From Takakia lepidozioides (lineage: Eukaryota; Plantae; Bryophyta): DNA of 64,000 nt. The stretch's first letter is position 1; every line of letters starts with the position of its first letter. Below are positions 51,420-64,000 of the stretch, piece by piece. The notes below the pieces were generated by a model. The model was not told the DNA's origin, did no database searches, and saw only the letters and a list, made by a program, of their open reading frames with translations. The position numbers were made by a program, and so were the translations under genes. The DNA lies in contig CM060733.1 of assembly GCA_030704615.1 (NCBI GenBank), forward strand, positions 43,090,001 through 43,154,000, read 5' to 3'.

Positions 51420-54400
51420 CCCTCCCCAAGTCGCTGCAAAGGTAGAGTGGAGCTAGCTCGCTTGTTGGTCTGTTCTGGCTTTTTTGATATCTGCACAGAG
51501 TTTTTTCCAAGTTTTTTCGTGGCCTCAATTTGAATGTCAAGGTAGAGTATTTTTGCGAGGACAGTGGAAGTCATAGCAGTTTTTGTAGAGACAATAATTT
51601 TGTCACACCTTACTTTCCACAGGTGCTAGAGGGTGACGCTTCTAAGAGTGTCAAAGACTGCACAGTGTTGGGCTTTTGTCTTAGTTGTCTGGTCATAGTT
51701 CAACAGAATGGCAGTAGGGGTGAGGTGCGCGCATGTACTGGCTCCATGTCTAGTAGAATACAATGACCAGGGCCAAAGTGCCGATGGTGCGTGACAATGG
51801 AGCAAGCAGGGGGCGAAATTGCCATTGCCATTCCTTGGGGTCAAGTCCAGGTCAGGGAGGGGTCTCCCGCATATCCAAATAAAGGTGTGATTGGCAAGCC
51901 AGTTGCGCAACGATGTGGTGAGCAGCGGGAGGGGGTTCATCTCCTTGGCGGGGAATGACCACCAGCAGACCCTAATGGGAGTGCGGGTGAAGCGTGGGAT
52001 GGAGAGGGGGAGGTAGTTTTGAAGGGTAAGCCTCATTGTGTTTGTGTCACAGTGAAACTGATACCCCTTGTAAAGGTGGGTGTTTGTTTCAGTGACAAAC
52101 ATAATGGTGATTGTTAATAATTCCCAATGTCCAGAAGTTGGCATTGGGTGTTGCTAGGCCTGCCGTCAGCTTGGGCAACCATAGTGTAGATGCTGATTGG
52201 ACTATGGTATCGTAGGATGGCGAGGCTCTGGTTTTACCTACTGTAGCTTCAATATGGTCCTTTGGGAGGAAGGCACCATTACACCAGATGTCTTTGACCT
52301 GACGGATGCCTCTGACCTCCCAAGCAGACCATGCATTTCCTGGATTGGTTTTTTTGCTCTAGGGTGGGCGGGTTGGTATTGAGGAAAAGGAATTGGCGGA
52401 GTGTTTCTTCATAGGTGTCGGGGTTTGATTTTGTTAGATAGGGTCTGAGTTTGGACCAAGCCTGCCAGATTGATGCCCACAGGGAAGAGCCTACTGTTTT
52501 ATGCTTGAAACCATTAACTATCCATCTGAAGGAGGGGTACCAGGGGACCATTTCAGGGGCGATTTGAGGGCTATGTTGTCACAAACCACGTGTTTCCAGG
52601 CCCCTCCTTCTAGACCCAGGAACCTCGGGATCCACTTTGCGAGAGAGCCGTGATCTGAGTTTCCGGATCTATGATGCCCAGGCCTCATTTCTTCTTTGGT
52701 AAGCAGATTTGTTTCCACGAAACCCGAGGCCTTTTCTTTTCTGAGGGGTGTCTTGCTCCCCAAACAAAGTTGCGAAGAAGCTTTTTCATTTCCTTGATTT
52801 GTGAAGTCTTTGGTTTCCAGGCTGAGGCAAAGAACCATTGTCCAACGGATAGGACTTGGTTGGCTGCCAGGACCTTCGGGCTATGGTTGACAAGTGATGG
52901 GAGCCCCAGTAGGCCAGCTTAGTTCTAAATTTGGCTTGCGTTGCTGCAAAAATATGCTGATCCGAGAGGTTGATGCCATAAGTGTAACTGAGTAGGGTAG
53001 TTGACTAGCCTGGTTTCAGCCACCTGAGACCTTTGTCTTGTCCCCATAATGGATCTGTTCCCAGAGGTGAGGCTGAGGTTTCTCCAGCTAGCAGGGCACA
53101 TGTTTTACTCCAGTTTACTCTGAAACCATAGGCCTGGCAAAATGCTTGAAGCGAGCTGCTGGCATTATCGAGGTTGGTTTGCGTGGCCTACAAGGCCAGG
53201 AAAGTGTCGTCCACAAACATTGACTCCTTGATTGTTGTGGCTGTCAGGAAAGGGGAGAGGGGACAACCCTAGCGGACGGATCGGAGAAGGGGAAGGATTT
53301 GGAGGCCATTTAGGAGTGCTCTGCCCGATGATTCTAGTAATAGTGTTTGGACCTGTGAGCAGAATGCCTTGGGGATACCAATACGATGGAGGGCCCCAAG
53401 AAGAAAAGACCACTCAACCTTGTCGAATGTCTTCTCGAAGTCGAGGAGGAGCATAGCGATAGCCTGGTTCGTGTTTTTGGCAAAGATTGGAATCTCCTGG
53501 GCCAAGAGCAAATTGTCCAGAATGTACCTTCCCTTAATGAAGCCCGTCTGGCTAGGGCGAATGATAGCTGGTAGGTGGCCCGGTTGCAGGCGGATTGCCA
53601 AAGCTTTGGCGATGATCTTGTAAGCCACATTTAGTAGGGTTATTGGTCTGTAATTTCCAATGTTGGTTCTGTCTCCCTTCTTTAAAAGGAGGATGATGAC
53701 TCCCTGTGACAGGTGGGTTGGCATATTCCGAGTTTGAAAGATATGGTTAGCCTGCATTTCTACAAAGTCATGAGAGATATCTGTCCACATGGTTTTGTAG
53801 AATTCTACCGGGATTCCATCCAAGCCCGGAGTTTCCCATTCTGAAGCTTGTCCAGGGCATCCTGAAGTTCCATGTCCGTAAATCCCCCCTCTAGCGAAGA
53901 TGCTGCTGAGGGGTGGAGCAATCTTGGAGTGTGTTCCAGGCAGTACCGGACCTGTGTTGGGGTTAGGGGGAGAGGCTTGTGTCACTGTGGAACTGGGCCC
54001 TGAAGTGGCTGGCAGACATTACCGCTAGTTCTTTAGGAGTAGTCGCGGAGATGCCTGAGATTGGATCCTTGAACTCGCAATTGAGTGGCCGGCCACTCTT
54101 TTCTGCCTGGCCTTATCAAAAAAATACTTGGTCATCTTTTCGCCTTTAGTGGACCAATTTATACCAGCCTGAAGCCTAAGTTTCTCTTCCTTGAGTGTTT
54201 GGAAGAGTTCCATATGTTTTTTTGCTTCCAGGTAAGTCTGGTATGTGGCCTCATCGCACCTAGAGGATTCCATCCTGGCTTGGCATACTTTAAGGCATTT
54301 CATTAGGGTATCGAACTTTCTTTTCCTGGCCTCCGAGATTTCTTTGCTAAGCGCTTTACTAGCAGCAGCAACTGCCTTCAGTTTGACAAGGAAGCGATCT

Positions 54401-54492
54401 GAGGGATTAAAAGTATTCCCAGCCTTCGTCCACGCCAGGGAGAGTCCCCGTTTGAAGGCTGGGATGGCTAGGAGGGAAGCATTCATCCTATA

Positions 54493-54553
54493 GAGAGAGA
54501 GAGAGAGAGATGACTCCGGCCGAAGCGGGCGTAACTAAGAGCCACTTCGCCTT
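54493..54553 (-). mobile_element. 61-bp 5'-truncated retroposon insertion with (TC)9 tail
   Basis: 11-bp TSD TTCATCCTATA at 54482-54492 and 54554-54564. Confidence 0.8.
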
Positions 54554-57500
54554 TTCATCCTATATATACCTTTGCCTCTAACCTGACTATTCGGAATTGA
54601 GATGGTGACTGAAACCTGGGCATGGTCAAAACCTACCGCCCGATGGGTTCCTGGGGTAGACGGGCAGTCCACTGGATGATGTTTAATGAGGCGTAGATCC
54701 TGTCAAGCCTTGCCATGTGAGGATGGGCTAACTCTCTACCATTTGTCCAGGTAAAGAACGGCTGATTTGTGATACTCGATTGCTGGTGGATCCAGTCAGT
54801 CTCAATGAGATAATTGTGGTTTTGGGCCAGTTGTAACCATCTATCGACATCCTCAGTGGCTGATCCTGCTAAACATGAGCCTCTTCTATCTGTAGGTTGT
54901 TCCACCATGTTAAAGTCCCCCGCTATGATCCACTGGTTTATACCCTGTTGGTCCCTCATTTTGGAGTCAACTAGCTCCGACCAGAATGCCACTCTTTTGA
55001 AGGGGCAATTGGGGCATAGATATTAAGTTTCCAAGATTGTTTGGCAGGGAGAGGGAGCAGAACTGAGCTCTACCAGGGCCCGGGCTCCTCGATGTCAACA
55101 TTTCCTTGTGAATACCTCTTGGGTGCAGTTCCGGTTTAAGGCCTACTCCCTGAGTGCTGGGTTGATTTCCCTGCCTTTGCTCTATGCAAATTTTCTCTTT
55201 TCCCTTGCAAGCTGCTTCCATTGGGTGCATCTTCCCAGCTTCGAGATACATCGGATCTGTCAAATGGCCCTGAATCTTTGTCCCTCTTGGTGTTGGGCCC
55301 TTCCTCCTCCACTGTGGGTTGGTTGGCGGTGGTGGCCCAATTTTCCCTCCCATCCCTAGGGATCTTTTCCTCTTACCTGATGGGGCAATCTGTTTTGATG
55401 TGTCCTGTTTCACCGCAGTTTAAAGCACGCCGAGGAGGCTAACTCTTCCAACAGTCTGATTGTGAAGTAATTGCCTTCTTCGTCAATGGGAAGCTTGACA
55501 AAGTCCGGCAGTGTGCCGCACCATTTTTGCAAACTTTATCTTTTCGCATTTGTTCCTTGCATTTAATATATTATCTATCTCGGTGAAAACATAGAATACT
55601 TTGATTCTATATTTCACATTTATTTGTAACTATTATTCTCATGGAAACTGTCAGTGCTGAAGGTTTCAATTTTATGTTTTAAATAGTTATTATTTTTATT
55701 TCAAGAAAATCAAGACAACCAGTACTAGCATTTCAGTTTTGTGATTAGGGTGGAGCCATTACGCGACTAGCCGCTTGTTGATGTATGTGTTGGGCAAGTG
55801 CGAGTGGAGTTTAGCTTCTTGTTAATGTAGAGTAGATTTATAGAGCCTACTATTCAACCCATCGACGACTTGTAAAGGACCATTTTTAAGGATTGAACCA
55901 AGGATCACCCTGGTTAAGCACCGGCGAGATGCTCCGAGAAAAAAAAAAAAAAAAAACAGGTTTCCGTTACCTCTTTACCAACAACTGTTGAACACCCAAT
56001 CATTTTGCGGAGGTCCGGCCATTGAGAAGTGTGTATTCTTCACTTTGTCGGCAGCATCATGCAACATACTAGCACCTGAATCATCGCCGATATGTAGCAC
56101 AAGTTTCATTTAAAAAATTCAGCCAGTACAAAGATGGGATAAGGACAAGAGAGTCGTGAGAGGGAAAAGGGGGGGCCTTGGTGGGTGGACGGGTGGGCAG
56201 GGGTTGGAGGAACAGTTAGAAGAGGGAAAAGCACAGTTTAATTTATGGAAGGTAAAAAATAGCCGCAGCATTGGAAGCACCAATGGCGGGCTCCGATTAG
56301 AGTTTTTTTTTTAGTACTTGGTGGGCTCCCTGGGGGGCCAAAACAAATAGGAGCATAGCTATATTACATAATAGAGTACATACAAATGAGTGAATACAGT
56401 GATAATTGTTTTGTCAATTATGGTATGTCACCATAGCTTACTTCAATACAACGAGTCTCTTTTTTTTTCTCTTTCTCTTTTTCTTTTTGGGACGGATGCC
56501 CTTGAAATTTATATAAATGGGGACAAAAGCGTCGAGGCATAGACAAAGAGGGAAAAAATAACCTCTGGAGGGTGCCATGAAGGCTGACCCAGGAAGGCAC
56601 TCAGGCTTCGAGAACCAGTCATTCTTTTGCGTAATCGAAAACATGCAAATGTTCCTTTCGCCTCTGCAAGCACGGCCGATTGTAAGCATTCGCATTCCTC
56701 ATAAATTTACACCCTTAAATCATTGATGATGTGCCACAAGTTATGGTGATGAATCCCATGCTATTAATATTTCAACTCATGGGGACACTCAGTCACACTC
56801 CCATGATACATGACTGCACTACACAATTCAAATTTGTAACATCATAACAATTCTTTCCTCTGCGGCGCCATCCCACAAAGGCCCAATTTGAATGATGCCG
56901 CAGAACAAATTGCTGTGGAGTATGGGTGGCAAGCCCTGGTCACTTGGAGGGGCCACAGAGAATGTAAACATGACAACCCCCGAAACACGTGAGAATTTGA
57001 AAATCCCAAAATCATTCGCGACACCTGCTACTGGAATAATCGAAGCAACGTGCAAATTGCCAGTTGCAAACTTCACATTCGCGTAGGCTTGCTTGTTACC
57101 ATTGTCACCCCAGATGCTCACTCGCAAACAATACTATACCACACCCAGTACAATAGTGTTCCGGATTTCACTTAAAACACGGGGACAAAGGCGTGTCGGA
57201 AAAATTTACGTGCAGTGGGTATGTTATAGGAATTGTTGGGATACATAGTTTGCAGCGGGCGCAATGCAGTTTTTTTTATTTCTGGCGAAATCTCGTACTT
57301 TTTCGACCTCAAAAAATAAAATAAAATATTCTGTCGTAAATTCCCTATTTTCTCATGTATGAAAACGCATAAAATACAAATCTCGGATGAATTCGCCAAA
57401 TATGGATGATATACATGGATGAACGTACCGATGAGGATGATTCTATCCAAAAATCAGTGGACGAACAGAAAATATGGCTACCTATTTCCTGCAAAACTCA

Positions 57501-57995
57501 GTAGCCACTCCTGTTATTTTCCAAATTCCAAAAAAAAACACTGCGGCGCAATGTGTAGCCTATGGAGAGCCTGGATGCCACGTTGGGCCACAGGATTTCT
57601 CTTTTCTTTTTTCACAGGGTTACCTGGAGAGACGGGTTCAGTGAGTCTGTGGCACCATTTCTTTTTCTTTTTTTTTCCCAGAAAGGGGATGAAAACTTTA
57701 TTTAAGGGATAAAAAACTAATTAGTTACAAAACAAAAATAGCTAATCCCTTTTGGTAAATTAAAAAAAAATAGTTAGAGAGTTTTGAAATTAGAGGGGCT
57801 CAAGAAAAGAAAAGAAAGGGAAGGGAAGGGAAGGGGGGGTGGGCCGGGTGAGGGACGGACGGACGGGCGGGGCAGGGCCAGCTGGGACGGGTCCAGCTCT
57901 CTCTCTCTTGTGCGTGCCTGCCTGCCTGCTTCCAGCTTCGCCATTGTTTCTGCTTGTTGCTGCAAGAGAGGGCTAAGTAGAGAGGGGGAGGAGGG

Positions 57996-59339
57996 ATGAG
58001 GGAGAGCTTCATGAAGGGGTTGCCCAGCATGAAGGGCTGGAATTACGCACGGGCGTTTGCGGGGCCCAAGTCGAGGCAGATGCAGAACACCATGAAGAAT
58101 GTGAAGGTGACCATCTTGTGCGGGTTTGTGACCATTCTGGTGCTGCGAGGTACCATAGGGGCCGGCAGCTTTGGAGGTCAAGCACAGGACCTGCATGAAA
58201 TGAGGGAGAATATGGCTGGAGCTACTACCAAGGAGCCCCGCCGAGTGCTGACTGCTGATAATGAGAAGGAGCGCGAGGAAGATGAGCGGGAGCCCGTGCC
58301 GGACCCGAATGTGCCTTACAGTCTGGGTCCTGCTATCTCAGACTGGAATGAGCAGCGGGAGGTGTGGCTGAGGAAGAACCCGAGTATGGCTACAACCGTG
58401 AAGGGGAAGTCCCGGTTTTTGCTGGTGACAGGATCGCAACCCAAGCCTTGTGATAATCCTGTGGGTGACCATTATCTCCTCAAGTCGATCAAGAACAAGA
58501 TCGACTACTGTCGGTTGCATGACATTGAGATCTTTTACAACATGGCACATTTGGACCAAGAAATGGCTGGTTTTTGGGCGAAGCTGCCGCTGCTGCGGAA
58601 GCTGATGCTTGCCCACCCAGAGGTGGAGTGGATATGGTGGATGGACAGTGATGCTATGTTCACAGATATGGTGTTTGAGCTTCCCATGGAGAAATACAAG
58701 GATTACAATCTGATTCTGCATGGCTTTGATGAGCTGGTTTACAACCAAAAGAGCTGGGTGGGGCTCAACACTGGCAGCTTTTTGTTCCGAAATTGCCAGT
58801 GGTCGCTCGATCTGTTGGATGCGTGGGCTCCTATGGGTCCCAAAGGTTATGTGAGAGTGGAGGCCGGGAAGGTGCTCACTAAGACACTCACTGGAAGGCC
58901 AGAGTTTGAGGCAGACGACCAATCTGCACTCATCTATCTTCTAGTCACAGATAAACGATGGGTCGATAAAGTTTTCTTGGAGAGCTCCTACTACTTGCAC
59001 GGCTACTGGGTGATTTTGGTGGAGAGGTACGAGGAGATGATGGAGCACAATCATCCGGGCTCTGGGGATGATCGATGGCCCTTTGTCACCCACTTTGTAG
59101 GTTGCAAGCCTTGTGGGAGCTATGGTGATTACTCGGTGGAGCGATGTCTTAAGCAGATGGAGCGTGCCTTCAACTTTGCAGACAACCAGGTGCTTGACCT
59201 CTATGGCTTCCAGCATCGGAGTCTTGGGACAGCAAAGGTGAAGCGCATTAGGAATGATACTGCGGATCCCTTACACCTTCACACCGACCTGCCAGGGCTG
59301 CAGTTGTCTACTAATTCCTCTCAAACTAGGCCGTTTTAG
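57996..59339 (+). CDS. XXT: Xyloglucan 6-xylosyltransferase, CAZy GT34 (XXT family)
   Basis: Intact intronless 447-aa ORF: KVTILCGFVTILVLRGTIGAG TM anchor, GDHYLLKSIKNKIDYCRLH, WMDSDA (DxD), EADDQSA, RWPFVTHFVGCKPC. Confidence 0.96.
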   Translation: MRESFMKGLPSMKGWNYARAFAGPKSRQMQNTMKNVKVTILCGFVTILVLRGTIGAGSFGGQAQDLHEMRENMAGATTKEPRRVLTADNEKEREEDEREPVPDPNVPYSLGPAISDWNEQREVWLRKNPSMATTVKGKSRFLLVTGSQPKPCDNPVGDHYLLKSIKNKIDYCRLHDIEIFYNMAHLDQEMAGFWAKLPLLRKLMLAHPEVEWIWWMDSDAMFTDMVFELPMEKYKDYNLILHGFDELVYNQKSWVGLNTGSFLFRNCQWSLDLLDAWAPMGPKGYVRVEAGKVLTKTLTGRPEFEADDQSALIYLLVTDKRWVDKVFLESSYYLHGYWVILVERYEEMMEHNHPGSGDDRWPFVTHFVGCKPCGSYGDYSVERCLKQMERAFNFADNQVLDLYGFQHRSLGTAKVKRIRNDTADPLHLHTDLPGLQLSTNSSQTRPF

Positions 59340-62300
59340 AGGTGGCATATTACATGAAGACGGAGGCACGTTCTTGCGTCCCTCGTTATGTCCTGTACAT
59401 AACCTTGTTGTTACCGGTCACCTGTTTCATTCTTTAATCTAGCAACTTAAACATTTGATCGACTGTTGGCTGTCTGATAAGCCCTAGGATTCGTGAAATG
59501 GAATATTAACAATGGACAAGGATTCTTCAGCAGGTTTTGCAAAAAACTGTGGTGGGTGTTGGGCACGAGAGATGTTGGGATGTATGCATCTTGTAGGGTG
59601 TGTATTCGCATCTGCCTGTGATGCAAACACCGAGCTTTGGTTGTTGAGCATCGGAATGCGATCTCGCAAAGCAAAAAATCTTGCCTTCTGTGGCTACCTC
59701 TTGTTTCTCAGTCTGCTATCAAAGTTTTTTGCAGCAGGGTTGTGGGGCCTCAGGTGTTGGTAATGCCTGGCACTCTGACATCTGCATCCAACACTTCCGG
59801 CTCCTCTCTGCAGCTTTTAATGCCATAAAGAGACGTTTTGGCCAGTCACTAAAAAAGGCTTGTGACATGCTTTCGGCAGCCTTAAGATATTTGGTGAATG
59901 AAATGTTATCTTATTGGGCGTTGCATTGTCGAAATTCTCGGAGAATCTGCGTTTGCCCACAAATTGTGGTCTGAAGGACGAACGTGGAAGATAGGTTTCG
60001 CAGGTCTTGAGATCTTTTCCTTGTCAAACGGTCTTGGGTTTACGTGGTGATTGACGTCCACATTTAGGATGCTTGTGTGTCTGTAGGGAATCATCTTTCC
60101 TGAAAAACGGCCTAAACTTCATATCTGGAAGAAAAATGGTTTCTAAGGAGCAGAACAGCGATGCTGGAATGATGCATCATCATGATGCCTCTTGGCTTTC
60201 CAGTGGGCCAAGGATTCTTGACATTGAATGCTATTTATGGGCAAGGATTCTTCAGCAGCCTTGACATTAAAAGCGCGGAAAGCCGCGACCGCGTCACCAA
60301 AGAACCGAGGCCCGGGAGGGCACCAAAGCAGCGAAGTTAAGAAATCCAGGGAAAGACAGAGAGAAAGGAAAGAGACCAGCGAGCGAAAGAAGCAGCCGCC
60401 ACCAACATAACAGAGTACCAAGGAATTTCAATTGAGTCTTAAAATTTGGAGTTTGGAGCCTTGCGATGGCGCTTGTTCACCGCCCCGCCCCATCTTCACC
60501 CACAGCATACGAGTTTCCAATGTTTGTCCATCCAAGCTGAAACGCATCAGTCGGAAATACAGGTGCAGATCGATGATGCCACCCTTGCCCGAGGTGAGAT
60601 CAAAGGGGATCTTCCATCTGAAGATCTGGAAATAGCATGGGGGAGTCAACTGTCTCTTCCTGGAAAGCAAAACTCAGAGACGGAACTGCCTGCCATCTAG
60701 TCAGAATCCGCCACCACATCTCCATCCTTTGCAACCAGTAAGACCCTCTGAGAAGCACGAGCAATTGCTAAGGCTAACTTCTGCCCGGTTTGAAAACGAG
60801 GGAGCTCTAAGGTAGAACCCGGGTCCGATGTTGGCTAGCAGCATAAGAGAGCAAACAAGTATCATGGTCACAACCCTTCAAACATGCCCACTGACTTCCG
60901 GATATCACTGGTTCAGTAGTGGATTCACACTCTGAGTCCTGTTGCAAGTAGGGCCCCAAGGCATGTTTTTGGGCCATATCCTTCATCACAGGAGTGTGTG
61001 CTGATAGGTTTTCTGATCAGATGATTCAAAGGCAAATAAAAATTGTACACTCATTCTCAATCCACTAATCCTACCCCTTTGCATAGAGCATCAGAGCTCA
61101 TGAAAACAGGGAGCACATGAGCAATAATAGGACTAGAAATGGCTCCCTCATTATCCACCACAATTCCAAAATGTACCACAGTTTCCTGAAAACTATAAAA
61201 TAGTGGGATTTTGTTCATGGATTGAAAAGTTGGTGGTATGAATGAAGCAAACAGTGTATTCAATGCAGCCATAGCAAGCTGGGATGACCAAGCCTCTCTC
61301 ACAACCGAGCCACAACCAAGTATCAAGCAAACTGCCTCCAAAGTTGCGGTGCCTCAAACAAAATTTGCTTCACAAGAAATGCTCGATAGAAATGTTTTAC
61401 AGGACCCTGTGACAAATTTGGGCTACCGTCGCTGTCCTTTAGAAAACTCCATATCTGTCACCAACCTGCCCATGTCAACTGCGGCCCTGAGTGTGCACAA
61501 CGTAGGCACACAAAAAGCCAGACAAATCAGGTGAGCTGCAGGCAGGGTGCCAGGCTTTGGCACCACCTGAGGCCCCACACTCCACTGCAAACTTTGGAAG
61601 CTGGCAAGCTACAAACAACAGGTACTTACTATATACCCCGTAGCCTGCTGCTGCTTGTCCGTGTGACAAGTCAAGTCAGAAGCCAACGACGATGGGTACG
61701 ATGAAGAATTCACAAAGTGAATGAAGTAATCGTGCAGAGCACTGCTCAGCTGATGATCCAGGTGCGGGACCGATCTGTCTGATCCGTAAAGTGATGAGCT
61801 TGTGAGAGAGAAATTCTGGGAACAAGGAAGTGATCATGGCTGCGCTTCATACCAGGTTGGCAGGGTTCGGAATCGCAAGAAGACGGAGATGGGCACCATG
61901 GGACCCCAAGATTGCTGCTCGCAAGGAAATGATGCCTGGACTCGCGCAGCTTCCGTGTTGCAACCCGCCCGCTCTCCCATTCTGTCAAGGTGCCTAAATT
62001 CGTCACAAACTGTTTCGCGAAAACAATATGCGCATTTCTGTTTCTATGTATGCACATTGTCTTGTGTGTCGATGTGGTTCTCTGAGAGCAAGACATGCTT
62101 GCTTACGCAAAGGCATGTGTAGCCTAATGCAGGGTCAAGTGGCAGACAAGAACATGGAGGAAATGGAAATGGGTAGCGTCATTACAGCCGTCAGCGCAGC
62201 TCTGGGGAGAGGCCTACGTGGGTCTGATATACTGGACAGCCCTGGTGGAGTTCGTACGCAATGTGTATTGGTTCCAGTTACAAAAAGGAGGGATAGCAAC

Positions 62301-63759
62301 AGAGAGGCGGGGTTTATGGTCTATCTGTTTACGTCCGCACTAGTGCTGGCACACCCCTCCTGCGGTCCTACTTGCAGAGGCACGCGTGGTCGCGGGCGCT
62401 GTTGCTGCTGTGTGGCCTGGTTGGCATCTGGGGCCAGTTCCTGTCTTCCCCTCTCACTCGTCCAGCATTTTCTGCAACAGCCACGGGCATCCTTGGGATC
62501 TATGTCAATGATGGCCTGTGGGCTGCCACTGCGGCACGAAGGAGGAGGGCTGCATTTGGCGTTGTGGGAGCCTTCTGCTTTTGCAGGTGAGGTCTTTGAG
62601 AGGTGCGGGTGGAGAGCATGGCAGTAGGAAATTCGGAGGAACGTGCGAGTCAAGTGTTTGGTATGACTATGCCCAGACGCGAGCTTGAGAGAATCCCAGT
62701 GGTGGAGATGGTGTCTTAGCTACACGAGATTGTTTTGAGTTGGGTGGGAATTGGTGACAAAAATGCCTTTTTGACATTTTATGTCTTCAGGAACTTCGTG
62801 ATGTAGATGCTGTCTATTTCCATATGATGTTCGCTGAATTTGATGAGATGTCTGTTGTGCGCGGTTTAGCTAGATATGTTTGTGCTGGGTATGATATTCA
62901 ACCCCACACAGCAGAGTACATTTTATGGAGTCTGCTGTCAGTATGGTTATTCCCTACAACCACTATGTGATCTGAAGCTTCTCATTTTCATGCTGCCTTT
63001 TGATATGTTGCCTAGCAGAGACAATTGTGATGTTGCTCCCTCTCTCCTCCCTACTTTTCTCTCTCTGGATGTCCTCACAGTTTATAGAATATTATTCCAG
63101 GTTCTGTGATGGGCTTATGCTGGCCCAAGGTGGTGGGGGTTTCTGCTGGTGGGCTTGTTCTCTGGTGTAGTGATTGCACTGCTATTACTCACAGAGGATC
63201 TGGCACCTTTGGATGACTGGCACTCTGAGCAGACGCCCGGTAAAGTGCTTGTTCTTGCTGTTACCTACCGGAGGACCTCCGTCCCCGAAAAAGGCAGAGC
63301 AAGCCCTGGCTCTGAGGATGACTGTGATGATGGTTCTGGCATGACACCGCTTTCTGTGAGGATGCGACAAGGCTGCTCTGCTTATGAGCTCCGGGGCTAT
63401 GTGGGGGTTCAGAATGGCCATGGTTTGGAAGGCAACGGGAGTGCGTTGAAGGAAGTCACAGTACCCATTGAACAGGACCACCTAGAGAAGCAACCAAACC
63501 TGATGGAAATGAACACAGACAGAGGGGGATTGTGGGATCTGATAAATGGTGCAGGTGGGTTTGGTGGACACCAGCAACCTGTGGGCACACCTCCGCAGGG
63601 GGGAGATGCCTCGCTAGAGCAGGGAAGTGGCAGGCAGTGGGGTGAGGGTGAAGAGGTTCCATGGGTCCAGCCTGGTGCAGATGGCTCGGAAAGTGACCAG
63701 GAAGTCTACTGCCAGCATGGCTGGCGTTATAACACCCGCGTGTGCATGCGCACATTGCA

Positions 63760-63840
63760 GCGGAGGGCTACGTGTTTGACGGGGCATTGGGATTTTGTAC
63801 GGAGTACTTGTCTTCTGTTGATGCTACTAGGCGGAGAGTG
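63760..63840 (+). pseudogene. Short CACTA/En-Spm transposase-like fragment (DUF4218 C-terminal motif)
   Basis: A frame not listed in the ORF track reads AEGYVFDGALGFCTEYLSSVDATRRRV. Confidence 0.5.
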
Positions 63841-64000
63841 TTGAGTGTGGGGTCTGGATGCCTCTGGTTCCTGACGCACTGGCTTGCCACAGCCCCAACG
63901 ACAGTGGCCCGTTGGCTGGGTGTCTCACTGATATGGGCTGCACCCCTTGCAATGGTTGCACTGGGGCTGGGCATGGTGGTTGCTGCAGAGGCAGCACGCT

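Larger units (their letters stand above)
50010..55440 (-). mobile_element. Decayed L1/Tx1-type LINE ORF2 (APE endonuclease plus reverse transcriptase)
   Basis: WIIAGDFNMVE, FTWTNG...RLDRIY (EN); PGLDGIPVEFYK, NYRPITLLN, QTGFIKGR, LLDFEKTFDKVEW, QGCPLSP-like, FVDDT (RT). Poly-T at 50010-50028 is the likely 3' tail. Boundaries approximate. Confidence 0.88.

Noticed and set aside
55740-55956. Possible SINE ending in poly(A)
   Set aside because: No A/B boxes or TSD identified.
60100-62720. Coding-like stretch with broken ORFs
   Set aside because: Possibly a pseudogene, but no recognisable domain in any frame.

Overview
Eukaryotic nuclear DNA from a land plant. A non-seed, bryophyte-like origin is an inference from the gene and transposon families, not proven. 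There are two apparently intact host genes: a signal-peptide/coiled-coil/C-terminal-TM protein (7993-9303) and a GT34 xyloglucan xylosyltransferase (57996-59339). A PLS-class PPR pseudogene lies at the start. About 45 kb between the genes is nested, decayed mobile elements. A Ty3/Gypsy-type retroelement carries gag, protease, a C5 cytosine methyltransferase and a PHD finger, but no visible RT, RNase H or integrase core. It is split by an 11.3 kb Mutator-like element (MULE-1, 15085-26374, 9-bp TSD TGGCATGGA) and by a solo LTR. MULE-1 carries a divergently transcribed accessory gene encoding a ParB/Srx-like domain (DGNHR) fused to a beta-class N4/N6 DNA methyltransferase-like domain. Introns of that gene hold about 10 copies of a 20-bp parS-like palindrome (GAATGTCGT-TG-ACGACATTC); this is the best candidate for an undescribed system. 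Further on are a foldback with ~700-bp arms around a Crinkler-like REase/kinase fragment, a second MULE (36569-48924, TSD GTTTTAGAG) with Ulp1 cargo and dense CAGTC/GACTG motifs, and a decayed L1-type LINE containing two small insertions. All domain calls come from motifs read by eye; no database searches were run.
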